A DNA stretch of 63,731 bases, the filler included, from Ministeria vibrans ATCC 50519 (lineage: Eukaryota; Protista; Filasterea): the NCBI GenBank assembly GCA_943704425.1. It is 9 parts of 9 records of this genome, joined end to end, with 100 filler letters (N's around TTAATTAATTAA, not from the genome) between each part and the next. Parts side by side here need not be neighbours in the genome. Positions count along the whole stretch, not along the records: positions 1 to 20,336 come from CALSCP010001768.1; positions 20,437 to 45,970 come from CALSCP010001600.1; 7 more parts are not named here. The stretch is one strand, 5' to 3'. The notes below the pieces were generated by a model. That model worked only from the letters and a program-made list of their open reading frames with translations, made no database searches and was not told where the DNA came from. Position numbers and translations under genes: made by a program. Shown one piece after another: positions 13,194-25,049 of the stretch (its first letter is position 1; each line of letters opens with the position of its first letter).

Positions 13194-14921
13194 TTAGCTC
13201 TTTGGTGGAGGACGAAGAAGCACATGAGGAAGGAGTCTTTTGAAGAAGACGACGAACACAACAATGGCAGCGCCAATCAGAACACAAATCACAATCTAGA
13301 CAAAAACACACGCAAGAAAGAGAGGTCAAAAACAAGTGAAAACACACAACACACACGCATACCATAGTGGCACGAAGACCAGCGTTGTCGTAGACATTGG
13401 CAAGGATGATGGGACCGAGAGCACGGGCAGCAGAGCCAGCAGCAGTGAGCATTCCCATACCAGCACCCTATGCGAAGAGGCAGGTCAGGTCAGAGGGAAA
13501 TGAAGGGAGTGTGTGTACCTGAGGAGCTGGGCCGAGGATTTTGGAGAAAAGAACAATGCAAATGACAGAGGCAAAAGGGTAGAAGAGAAAAATAAACATG
13601 GAGGCAACGTAAAACTGGTCGATCTGAAGAGTTGGGGTCTTGGCACACCAGCTGGCGACGGTGACGAGACACAGAGTGTAACTGGGAGGGCCGTATGGGA
13701 TGAACAGGAACACTACAGAAAGAGACACCCGAGTGAGTAACAGTGACTCTGACAAATAAGATAATGATGTACCGCCCAAGAGAGAGCCAGAGAGACCCGC
13801 CAGAAGGATATAGCGTTCGCCAAAGCGGTTTGAGAGGGGACGCGCAGCCATAAAGCACACCACTCCAATCAATCCTGCACAATGTTATATTACAATGCGA
13901 AATCACACACAAACACACAACACAAATTGTGTACCTCCAATGGCAAAGTAGAGGCCAGTGTTTCGGGTGGTCTGTTCGGGAGTCCAGCCATACTCGTCCT
14001 GCACGAGAGGCGGCACAAGGGTCTCATTAAGAGCAAAGACAAGCGCGGCAGAGAAAAACATGAAGCAGATGGCGCCAGCAGCCCCCTTGTCAAACACCTT
14101 GGCGTCAGGATGGCTGAAAGAGGGAACAGGGAAAAGAGGACAAGAGAGTCAGAAAGTGACAAAAAAATAATTACATAATTATTATCTCAAAATGAATACT
14201 TTTGAAGGTCAGAAAGATGCTGAGCCTCTGCACTGAGCTTGGGACCGGAAGAAACGGCGACGGCGGTCTCATCCTCCAACACAGCACCCTCTGGGGTGAT
14301 AGTGGACACAATGCCCTGGCGACGGCGTCGACGACGCGCACGACGCTCGGCCTTCTTCTCCTTGATCTCCTTGTAGATGTCGCGGTAGTCGACAAAGTAT
14401 ATTTGCAGTAGAATCACATTGGCCAGCGACAAAATCGCACCAAGATAGCTATTCAACAAAGAACAGTCAGAGACACAGGCAAAAAAGAGTCAAACACGTG
14501 TGTTTACCCTGCTCCTGTGTACATGTTGGGCGTAAACGAATCGGCAGAGCCTGGCCCCAATGGGGACATGGTTGCCCCTAAAAAGGGACCGGCACAGTAA
14601 CCAAGACCTAAACGATATAATAACAGAGAGGTACAGTGTTAGTAAAGAAGAAACTATCGACTAGAGGGAGACTCTACCTTGAGACGCGGACATGATTGCC
14701 ATGGCAGACGTGCGCTCCTTGAGACTGGTCACATTGGACACGTACGCACGACACACAGCCACAACACCGGCACCTAAAACATACATACACACACAAACAC
14801 ACACACAAAGTCAACACTTCTCGCTCATACACACCCTAAACCTTTGTTTCTTTCTCCCTCCCTCCCTCTCTCTATCACTTTGTTTCTCTCTATCACTCTG
14901 TTTCTCTCTCTCTCTCTATCA

Positions 14922-14989
<68 letters not shown>

Positions 14990-17082
14990 AACTCTCTCTC
15001 TTGAACTCTCTCTCTCTCTTGAACTCTCTCTCTCTCTCTATCTCTCTCTCTTGAACTCTCTCTCTCTCTCTCTCTCTCTTGAACTCTCTCTCTCCATTAC
15101 TTTGTTCTCTCTCCCTCTCTATCGCTTCGTTCTGTATCCCTCTCCCTCTAACACATTGTTCTTTCTCCCTCTTCCTCTCTCTCTTCAGCGATTTCTTGTT
15201 TCTCCCTCCTCCTCTCTCTCTCTCGCTATCATTTTGTTTTTCACTCCCTCCCCTCTTCTCTAACCACCTCCGTACCGAGTCCAGTGATGATACGCGCGAA
15301 AAGAATGTAAATCTTTGCGTCGTGAAGATACGTCGTTGTGTGCGTGATGGTCGCATTGGTCGGAAGAATCATGACAGTGTCACTGCACGAATGCGTCACC
15401 TACATACACACATACGAAATCAAAATCACTCGGCCCAATACAAACCGTTTCGTCGTTACGTTGCCCATGACAGAGCAGGCAGTCTCAGTCATATTGCGCA
15501 TAAAGGTACACTGGCCAGCAGCCGCAGCAGCCCCCACATTGTGCATAGTGCAGTTGACCGACTCAACAATGATCGTTTCGGGAACTTGGTGCAGCCCCGG
15601 CGCCAGGCTGTACATAATGTTCCCCACAATGACAAGGATAAGGGCAAGGATGAGACAGTCTTTGGCGGAGCGACGATTCGATGCAATGCCAAACAGTGGC
15701 GACGCACACAGCTGCGCAATCGCATAGAACGACACACACGCCCCAAAGAAGCCCGTGTCTCCACCAAACTAGAAATGAGAGGGTTAGAGTAAAGCGATCG
15801 GGAGAGACAGAGCAAAGCGATACAAACCACATTTAACACATAGAACATTATGATCACATCAAACAAATACATCAAAAAATATGAATACATCATATGAATA
15901 CATCAAAATAATACATAACCAAAACGACAAACAGAATGAGTGAGAGAATGAGACACACAAGTCGTCTTACACGCAAGACATAGTTTTGCAGCGTTGGCAT
16001 CACAATCGCAAAACCTGCAAAAAAAAAAAAAACATCCCCCCAAACAGTCAAGCCTCCTTTGTTCCTTCTATTTCATTCTTCCGTACTAATGCTTGTGAGA
16101 AACTGCGTCAGGTACATCAGCTTGATCGTGAGATCGCGCCTGTCCTTGATGAATCCAAAGCACATTGGCTTCTTCGTGGTGAGCTCCTCAGCGCCACTGC
16201 CGCAGCACCCAAAACAATTACGACTGAGTATCGGCTGCATCACCACTGGCATGTACTTACGGAGTGTCGGACACGAGCAGAGGCGTCGCGAGTTGAGACG
16301 AGAGATGTGATTCTCTTGCCGTGTCATCGAATCCGCTGAAACACACAACAACACACAAGAGCGACAAATGAGTTTTTGGTGTTGCACGAGAAACAGCACA
16401 TCAGCAGAGTGGACACACAGCAATGGGAGGGGGGTGGGCGACAGCATACACACAGGCATGCAATGGCTCCATGCCGCCAGAGACGACCAGCAGTGGCACA
16501 AGAAGTGGCATTGTGGGCCACAGAAAAAATGAAGGGCGCCATACGAGCGCCTTTGGGGTCGTGCAAAGCCAACAAAGGGTGTGCATAAGGTACGGGCGCG
16601 GGAAAGACCGCTGATAGAAGCAGGGAATCCGTCGCGTTAGGAAGGAACATTTGTTGGGGATCGACTCAGGATGCGAGAAAAAGACATTCAGGCGCACTGG
16701 ACGAGCCCAGCCCACGCGCATGTGCACCACAGGAGTGTGTTCAGAGCAACAGCCCCACGCAAACAAGCGGTACAGCCCGCATAAGAGCGGGAGAGCACAC
16801 AGGAAAAAAGCGTTTTTTTTTCTTTTTTTCTCTCTCTCTGATTTTGTCAAACCTGTGTTCAACAGGCTTGTTTGCCCAGGTGTGGCTGTCCTGCAGCTCG
16901 ATGCGGCGGCCCTTGGGGTCGAGGAGGCGCTCGCCGCCCAGGAAGGCGCTGTTCACGAACGCATCGTCATCGTCGTACGACCCCTCCGAGTCCGAGTCCG
17001 ACTGTTCGTCCATGAACGTCGACGACCGGAACCGCTGGTTGTCCTCCTCGCGGATGTAGTCTTCAAGACCAGCGAGTTCCAT
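13194..17082 (-). CDS. MFSD8: MFS transporter, MFSD8/CLN7-like, many exons
   Basis: Hydrophobic helices with SFYAIAQLCASPLFG, RFGERYILLAGL, LFSKILGPAPQ, GMLTAAGSAARALGP. Acidic N-terminal tail. Confidence 0.85.
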
Positions 17083-17293
17083 TTTTGCGAGTGAATTATT
17101 GTGAATAATCAATAATAATTGTTGGGACTTGGGACTTGGAATGGTTTCAGTTTCGGAATTGCATGCGCAGGTCCGTGCCGGACGGGAGACGGACGCGCTG
17201 TAAAACAAATACACATTGATCCGGCTGATGTTGGGGTTGCGGCAATACTTTTCTTCTCTTGTTATCCCCTCACCCAAAAAGAATTATTACTGT

Positions 17294-19985
17294 TTATTCG
17301 GTGACAGAGAGATACTTTCCAGTGACAGAGCGACGAAGAAGACGCTTCAATGAGCACTCGCCAAACGTCTCAACACCCACATTGCTCAATAGTCCGTCTT
17401 CAGCCCGAAACTTGGCCTACGAAAAAAAAAATTACAACAGAATGATCAAACCAATAAATTGCTTCTTACCATCACATTGACAAGCTTGACCGGCTCAGCA
17501 GGGTTTGCCATGACAATGCGCGCCTCCAACTTGCCACGACCCCCCGTCGTACTCGTCGTAGCAAGCTCACCAAGTGACCAGATGGCATTGCGCGACGCAG
17601 AGGCGTTGGCGCTCCAGACGGCAGTCTCGGGCACCGCCGAACAGGCACCACATTCGCCCGAAAAGACGGCCGCCAACGACACCTCTGAGAGATGGGCGTG
17701 TGTGTGTACCTGATCAGTCTGCTCTTGTGTGCTCCAGTCCTTGTTAAGCTGGTAGTGGATGGTCAGCACCAGTGTGTTGCCGCTCTGGTGCACCACAGTG
17801 CTGCACAGGCGTAGAGGGATGTTACTCGCACTCACATTGCTCACCTAACACAAAGTTGTACAGAGACAAAAAGAAAGTAAATGTGAGTCAGTACACCACC
17901 ACACGCAAATGGTCGTACAGAGTATTTAAGAACACTCGCTGAGACTGCCTTTCCCGCAGATGACTTCACAAGGGACTGCACAGCACTCGACGAGAGCGAC
18001 AATTTCCCATCAAACTCTCCATTGGTCGTCAGAAGCTAGACTCAAAACAATGGAAACGTTAATAATAATAAATAAAATGAAAATAAACTTTTTGCATCGT
18101 TTAATAGGGTACCTCTTTGTTGAGCTGTGGATCGGACAGGGAGCCAATAGCAGTGAGCCGAACACCACCAAGAGCGGTCTCAGGAGCACTCGTCGAGAGA
18201 CCCTCGAGGGTCGTAAGGGTGTTGGCAGGGAAGTTGCAAAGGACATCACCCGAGACGACCGTCTTAGTCAGCTGGGCACCCTTGAAGTAGGCATTGATGG
18301 TCTCGGTGACGGCGACAGACAGCTGCAGGGAATTCGTAGCGCCTGTGCTGGAAAGTGCCGTGCTGCTGTTGCTGCTGTTGGACATGATTGAAGACCGTGC
18401 TGTGACGGGTGTGTGTGACGCCCCTGGCTCTCCTGTGCGTGTTGCCGTCTCGTACGACGTCGAACGTAGAACCGGCGCAAATCCAGTGGGAGTGGACACG
18501 ACAGACTATTTTACATTAAAAATGACACAATGACTTTGTTTTTTCAAAAAATATTCCTTACCGAATCTGCAGACTCTGGGATGAGAATGGGCGACAACTT
18601 GACACCCGCTGCGACTGGTTCAAGAGCCAGAAGCTCACTGACACGACGGTCGTGAGTGCGGAGACGACGTGCAACGACAGGAGACGTCCCTGTCGCAGGT
18701 GCGCCGGTGGTCACTGTAACACGCGATGGGGGTGCCGGGAGGGTCGGTGTGCTCTGCGCAAGAGCAGCGCCCAATGACGACGTTGACGGTGTGGCCGCAA
18801 CAGCATCGCCACTGACACTCGCGTTGTTGCTGTTAGTGTGTGTGACAGAGCTTAGCACAGAGAGGTCAGTGCTCTCGGAAGAGCGCAGGTTGTTCTGCTG
18901 CTCTTCTGTTAGAATCATATCTGTGCCCAGTTGCAAAGGTCCCTCACCCTCTGTTGCCCACGACTCGTTCAGCGACTCACCCCGGTTAACACTATACTCA
19001 ATAAAAATAAAAATGAAAAAAAACAATAAAGGTCAAATTGAAATTTCTCCACACCGACATGCACGTGTCTTGCTTTCCGTACTCGAAGAGGTTGGCTTTG
19101 GCAAAGAGATCTTCGGCGAGTGGTTCGGGATTGTCAGACTCGGGTTTGAGAGACGGGTCGGCAGTCACAGTGGCTGACGCGTCAGTGGCAGATGAAGTGG
19201 CAGTCAGAGTGGCGCCAGAGACAGACGTGTTTGCGGAAGAAGGTGCAGTGGAAGAGGGTAGTTGGGAGCGGAGACGACGGGCGCCTTCGCGAGTGGAAGG
19301 GGGCTGAGAAATGGCACTCGTGTTGGTGCTGGTGGGTGCGCTGGGAATGGAGAGGAGCGTCGGAGGAGCACTGCCTGTCGGCTCAATGGAATCCGACGCG
19401 TCGCTGGGCTTCCGTTCGCCAATACGCACCATAATCTTAGGCCGTTGATGGCCCTTCCACTCCTCATCGTCACTGTCATCACTGTCATCGCTGAATCCAG
19501 CCTGCGTCGCATTACGATACTCATCGACCAAATCAGGTGCATCGCGAAACCCATCTTCATCAATGCCCGTGACCACAGCAGCGGGCGCCCCCGCACCCAT
19601 CGCATCCATCGCATCCGGCCCGTCGTTTGCTCCCGTCGACACGTCGCTCTTCCACGCATGTACCACCGAATGTGTGCTCGTATTACGCAGTGGTGACCCA
19701 GCCGATTTGCCGGGACTCGCACTCGCACTCGTGTCCGGCGACGCCGTCTCGCTTGTTGTCCCTCCTCCTCCTTTCCCTCCCTTTCGGTGCTTACGCAGTG
19801 TCAAATGACGCAGTCCACCTAAAATAATCGCATTGGTAAACACGCACACACACACACACACTACTCTCACCCTTTGCTTCCTGAAGGTGCCCTCCGCTCT
19901 CCCCAACTGCGCCGTCATTCGGCACATCAATAGGATCTGTCACACTGGTTGTGCCCGCCTCAAACTCCTCCACACTTTGCGCTCC
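17294..19985 (-). CDS. FCHO: Muniscin FCHO1/2-like endocytic adaptor (mu-homology domain), 5' part lost at contig end
   Basis: IDEDGF and SDDSDDEE..KIMVRI linker motifs, muHD LSVAVTETINAYFKGA, AVWS..AIWSLGEL..GKLEAR, terminal RRSVTGKYL. Confidence 0.88.
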
Positions 19986-20134
19986 TACACACACAATTCC
20001 GAATCTCTCAATAACGACTATCTATCACTTTGTTCAGTCACTCTCTCTCTCTCTATCACTTTTGTTCTTTCTTCTTCGCTTTTCTCTCTCTCGCTCGGTC
20101 TCTCTCGCTCTCTCTATCACTTGTTTCTCTCTCT

Positions 20135-20336
20135 CTATCACTTTGATTCTCTCTCTATCACTTTGATTCTCTCTCTATCACTTTGATTCTCTCTCTATCA
20201 CTTTGATTCTCTCTCTATCACTTTGATTCTCTCTCTATCACTTTGATTCTCTCTCTATCACTTTGATTCTCTCTCTATCACTTTGATTCTCTCTCTATCA
20301 CTTTGATTCTCTCTCTATCACTTTGATTCTCTCTCT
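20135..20336. repeat. 20-bp minisatellite (CTTTGATTCTCTCTCTATCA)n at contig end
   Basis: About 10 perfect tandem copies visible before the N gap. Confidence 0.95.
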
Positions 20337-20436
20337 NNNNNNNNNNNNNNNNNNNNNNNNNNNNNNNNNNNNNNNNNNNNTTAATTAATTAANNNNNNNN
20401 NNNNNNNNNNNNNNNNNNNNNNNNNNNNNNNNNNNN
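20337..20436. other. Artificial contig spacer (N44-TTAATTAATTAA-N44). Equivalent spacers at 45971-46070, 50769-50868, 54755-54854, 56302-56401, 58254-58353, 59431-59530 and 62400-62499
   Basis: Identical 100-nt blocks carrying a six-frame stop linker. Confidence 0.97.
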
Positions 20437-21730
20437 GGGGGACTCTTGTGTTCTTCTTTGCATTGTCTTAGGGGGTAAGATTTGTGAATAGTGAGAAATC
20501 GTGAGTGACTGATTTGGACTGTGTTTTGGACTCTTGTGTTCTTCTTTGCATTGTCTTAGCATGTAAGATTTGTGAATAGTGAGAAATCGTGAGTGACTGA
20601 TTTGGACTGTGTTTTGGACTCTTGTGTTCTTCTTTGCATTGTCTTAGTTGGTAAGATTTGTGAATAGTGAGAAATCGTGAGTGACTGATTTGGACTGTGG
20701 TTTGGACTCTTGTGTTCTTCTTTGCATTGTCTTAGGGCGTAAGTTTTGTGAATAGTGAGAAATCGTGAGTGACTGATTTGGACTGTGTTTTGGACTCTTG
20801 TGTTCTTCTTTGCATTGTCTTAGGGTGTAAGATTTGTGAATAGTGAGAAATCGTGAGTGACTGATTTGGACTGTGTTTTGGACTCTTGTGTTCTTCTTTG
20901 CATTGTCTTAGGGTGTAAGATTTGTGAATAGTGAGAAATCGTGAGTGACTGATTTGGACTGTGTTTTGGACTCTTGTGTTCTTCTTTGTTTTAGACGGTA
21001 AGATTTGTGAATAGTGAGAAATTGTGAGTGACTGATTTGGACTGTGTTTTGGACTCTTGTGTTCTTCTTTGCATTGTCTCAGCATGTAAGCTTTGTGAAT
21101 AGTGAGAAATCGTGAGTGACTGATTTGGACTGTGTTTTGGACTTTTGTGTTCTTCTTTACATTGTCTTAGGGGGTAAGAATAGTGAGAAATCGTGAGTGA
21201 CTGATTTGGACTGTGTTTTGGACTCTTGTGTTCTTCTTTGCATTGTCTTAGTTGGTAAGATTTGTGAATAGTGAGAAATCGTGAGTGACTGATTTGGACT
21301 GTGTTTTGGACTCTTGTGTTCTTCTTTGTTTTAGATGGTAAGATTTGTGAATAGTGAGAAATCGTGAGTGACTGATTTGGACTGTGTTTTGGACTCTTGT
21401 GTTATTCTTTGCATTGTCTTAGGGTGTAAGATTTGTGAATAGTGAGAAACCGTGAGTGACTGATTTGGACTGTGTTTTGGACTCTTGTGTTCTTCTTTGC
21501 ATTGTCTTAGGGGGTAAGATTTGTGAATAGTGAGAAATCGTGAGTGACTGATTTGGACTGTGTTTTGGACTCTTGTGTTCTTCTTTGTTTTAGATGGTAA
21601 GATTTGTGAATAGTGAGAAATCGTGAGTGACTGATTTGGACTGTGTTTTGGACTCTTGTGTTATTCTTTGCATTGTCTTAGGGTGTAAGATTTGTGAATA
21701 GTGAGAAACCGTGAGTGACTGATTTGGACT
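20437..21730 (+). repeat. 88-bp tandem array (15 units) with a hypervariable triplet flanked by splice acceptor and donor; candidate 3-nt micro-exon array
   Basis: Unit GTAAGATTTGTGAATAGTGAGAAATCGTGAGTGACTGATTTGGACTGTGTTTTGGACTCTTGTGTTCTTCTTTGCATTGTCTTAG-NNN. Triplets start at 20472, 20560, 20648, 20736, 20824, 20912, 20995, 21083, 21171, 21252, 21335, 21423, 21511, 21594 and 21682. Confidence refers to the repeat, not to splicing. Confidence 0.95.
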
Positions 21731-22140
21731 GGGATGACGGCGTTGTTCGAGTTGGCGTAGATCAAGTCAAACGCGTACCACGCCTCCTGGAGTACACAGA
21801 GAAGTCCCTTCATCCACTCAAACTGGTCCACGTCAGTCAGGACTTCCTTGTCGAGGGTCTCCTGCACGGCGGCCAGGTACTGGTATAGTGTTGTGGTTCC
21901 CGTGACACAAGCCGACACGCAACGGACGCAGCGCTGGTTCTTCTGCAGTGGTGTGAGCTCATCGAACTTCCAGCCGGCCCTCCCAGCCCTAGACTCATCG
22001 TGTGTTTCAACTCAGGTAGCATAGTATAGATCTTGCCAAGCGTCTCTTTCTGTTCCTACTTTGGGCTTGGACAGAAGTTGCAGGATAACTCTGCTCACAT
22101 CTTTGATGTCGTCGCGTGGCTCAATATTTAGAGAATGGTT
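21731..22140 (-). pseudogene. Interrupted coding-like fragment truncated by the array; unknown family
   Basis: Single frame ..AWQDLYYAT*VETHDESRAG..CVRCVSACVTGTTTLYQYLAAVQE..LQEAWYAFDLIY.. with one internal TGA. It runs abruptly into the repeat. Confidence 0.4.
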
Positions 22141-23058
22141 ATTCGAATTATTCGATCGAATATTCGCCGATCGATTTCGATTCGATTTTTTAAATCGCAT
22201 GTAAAGAGCTGCCGAAGGCGTGCACGGGTCCTCCTCTCGGGAGAGAAATCTATTTCCGATGAGAAAAGGACACATTGAATATGAAAATTCGTCAATAGAC
22301 GTCAACGCGCGAGGCTGAGCTCGTGCTCGAACGCGAATCAAGCAAGGCGGAAGACGACGTGGCGCGACGCACATTGCAGGCACACGAGGCGCAGGTCAAG
22401 GAATCTAACGGGTACGCGATTACTTTCTGCTTGTTTGGATATTTTTTGATCAATTTTGTGACTTTTTATCCGTGAATGACACAAACGAGACACAAGCAAG
22501 TTTTTGTCGTACTAACCTTTCGTCTTTGAGAAGAAGCGCTGTGAGATAGATGGAATACAGGTCTTGTGGCTGAATGTCTGCACTAAGGGACTGTTCAGCA
22601 AGCTACAATAAACGATGGCGGCGAGAGGGTGAGCGACGAGGGAAAGTAGAATGGGTCGAAGAGGTTTTTTCACCTGTAATTCGAGCAAAGCGCACGTCGA
22701 AATGAGCGCGTCGACATCCTGTTGTTCAATAGCAAGCGAGACGTCGTTCATTATAGACAATGTGTAAAAACTGTGGAACTGTGTCTATTTACTGTGAGAC
22801 GATTTGTGTTTACGTTGGAGATTGATTCATGATTGTCTTGTGTGTCTTCCTCACGAGTCACGATCACCGATTTCTACCACATCAGAGTTCACTCACTCAA
22901 AGAACTGACCCAGGGCGCTCAATGGACTCACTCAGTTAGCAGTTCAGGCGATAGTATTTTCATTCTCCATTTCTCCTACTTCAACAGTTCATCTTGGCTA
23001 CTTCTCAAATAACTGAGTCAAGTCTCAACATTTTTTGTAAGTCGAGCCAGTCGACCAG

Positions 23059-24074
23059 TATGGCACGTGTCTCATCTAGTGACCTTCCGCCGCCCTATGT
23101 CGAGACGCACGCTTCACGTCAAGGATACGGCACGTTGCCTTCTGACGATGAGCCAGATCTTTTTGGTTATGTGCCGCGCTCCCGTGTCTTGCATGCATTT
23201 TATATCGAAGAGGAGGCGGTGAAGGTGAACTGTGTGCAAGGTTTGAGAATTTTTTTTTTTTTTTTTATAAACAGTAATACCCCCGCTCTCCTCCCCAGTG
23301 TGCGTAATGGGTACTTGTATGCTCCCTATCCTTGGCTTTTGTTGTGCCTGGTGGGGGCACTATCGGGCCCGCCAAAGCGCTCGAGCGTCTGTTCTTGTCA
23401 TAACAGAGGACGAAGTTGTCGCGCACGTTCGGCCTCACCGACAATGTTGTTGGTGTACAGGTTTCTGCATTGCCAGCACCAACACCAAGACGGTGCCGCT
23501 CGACATCGTATCGGACGTGCGGGTTGTGACACCGCCGTGCAGTGGACATCGGACGCTGTATGTCGAGACGTACAATGGCGCTGTGAATGTGCAAACCGGA
23601 GAGAGACGTCCTGAGATTTCTATGTTTTACCTTCGCGACCCCGACATGGTGCGCACAGCAATTCTTGATGCACGCGACCAACTGCAGGCGCGGCGCAGCA
23701 ACATGGCGGCGGTGCCAACGACGGTAAACATTGTGAACGCGCCTATTGAACAGCAACCAACTCCGGTCGCCCCTTTGGCACCTTCTGAAAATCGTTGCAG
23801 GCTCACTGTGGCCACTGAAAAAGGTTTGCAATTCCTTCGTGGGTTAGATATGCTAACTGGCCTTATTATTATTATTTTTTTTGTAGACGCAAAACGTTAT
23901 GTTGCGATTGTAGATTTGAATGGTTCTTGGAAGGACATTCTTTTCAAGTGTGCCACCAAAGTTGGCCTTGACCCTGACTTGCCGATTGTGCTCTCCCTCG
24001 CGAACGGTGCAGAGTTGTCCGACCCCAGCGAACTAAGCCATGACGATTTTCTTATTGTAACCGTCCAGGTGTAA
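23059..24074 (+). CDS. Membrane protein with Cys-rich bacterial-PH-like (bPH_2-like) domain and possible C-terminal ubiquitin-like domain, 3 exons
   Basis: PPPY motif, hydrophobic CMLPILGFCCAWW, LVITEDEVV..TKTVPLDIVSDVRV..LYVET..LRDPDMVRTAILDARD, and a tail SWKDILFKCATKV..NGAELSDPSELSHDDFLIV. Confidence 0.6.
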
Positions 24075-24463
24075 CCGTGAAAACCTTCTCTCTCGGGCAT
24101 CTTCGTCCACAAAGATAATTACGACGTTGTCATTCTCTACTTTTTCCTCTGGAGATTGCGTCCACGTTTCGCGCAGGCGGGGATAGGTAGGCAAGTCAGC
24201 GACAAGAGTGGCAATCTCGGGCGTTGGTGGAAATACTCGTATGCGAGTGCGTTGTCGGCCATGGCCAGTCGCGATGCATTGTACAAGCCACGACCGAGCG
24301 CGTCGGCACCAGACGCTCGTGATTGAGTACTAAGTGGCCAAATATACCTTTTCTCTTAGGTCAGCTATTCATGTTGCTCTCTCTCAATTTAACACAGTGT
24401 GGGGAAAGAGCAACATGAATGGTTCACAGAGATGGGAAATCCAAGCAAATGTCAATTTAGTAT

Positions 24464-24685
24464 GTGCACTCGCAAGGAATCATTCACTGTGACGTGAAGC
24501 CTGAGAATGTGCTGATGACAAGCGAGTCGGAGCAGGCGCGGGCCGTATTGGCCGACTTTGATGTGAGTCTGGACGTGAGTGGGCGCACAATGACGATGAT
24601 GATGACAGTCGCTGCACCCGCGTCTGGACCGCGAGGCACAATGCAGTTTATGGCGCCCGAGCTCCTCAGCGGCACGCAAGATACA
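24464..24685 (+). pseudogene. Isolated protein kinase fragment (subdomains VIb-VIII)
   Basis: IIHCDVKPENVLM, VLADFD, GTMQFMAPELL. No flanking kinase exons recognised. Confidence 0.7.
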
Positions 24686-25049
24686 GGAATATTATATGTT
24701 CTTGTTCTACATCTGGTAGGGGTTCGAGCATTTACAGGAATATTTTCTTGTTTAATCCGCTGGCATGAAGCGAATTAGGGCGAATCTGCGCAAGTTTCCT
24801 TTATAGATCTATTTTTAGATCAGGCACTTTTCCCCATTTATCTCTTATAGAAGAAATCTGAGAAAGTGCCAAGAATTTTACAGGCAAATAATCATTGCGA
24901 GCTCCAAAACTACACCAAGAACACCGCCATGTATCCGAGAGCGATCTCGTTGGGAAAACATAAGCAGCTGTGTGTGTAGTGAAACTTTTTCTCTCTCACT
25001 CTCACTCTCTCTCTCTCTTCTTCCGTCAGTCTCTCCTGTCATCTGTCCG

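Noticed and set aside
20381-20392. Recurring TTAATTAATTAA as a biological motif or piggyBac target
   Set aside because: It is always centred in fixed-length N blocks, so it is an artificial linker.
20732-21085. Minus-strand repetitive ORF through the array
   Set aside because: 88 is not a multiple of 3, frames rotate and stops occur, so it is an incidental ORF.
20437-21730. CRISPR array
   Set aside because: The variable part is only 3 nt, the repeat is 85 nt, there are no cas genes and the context is eukaryotic.
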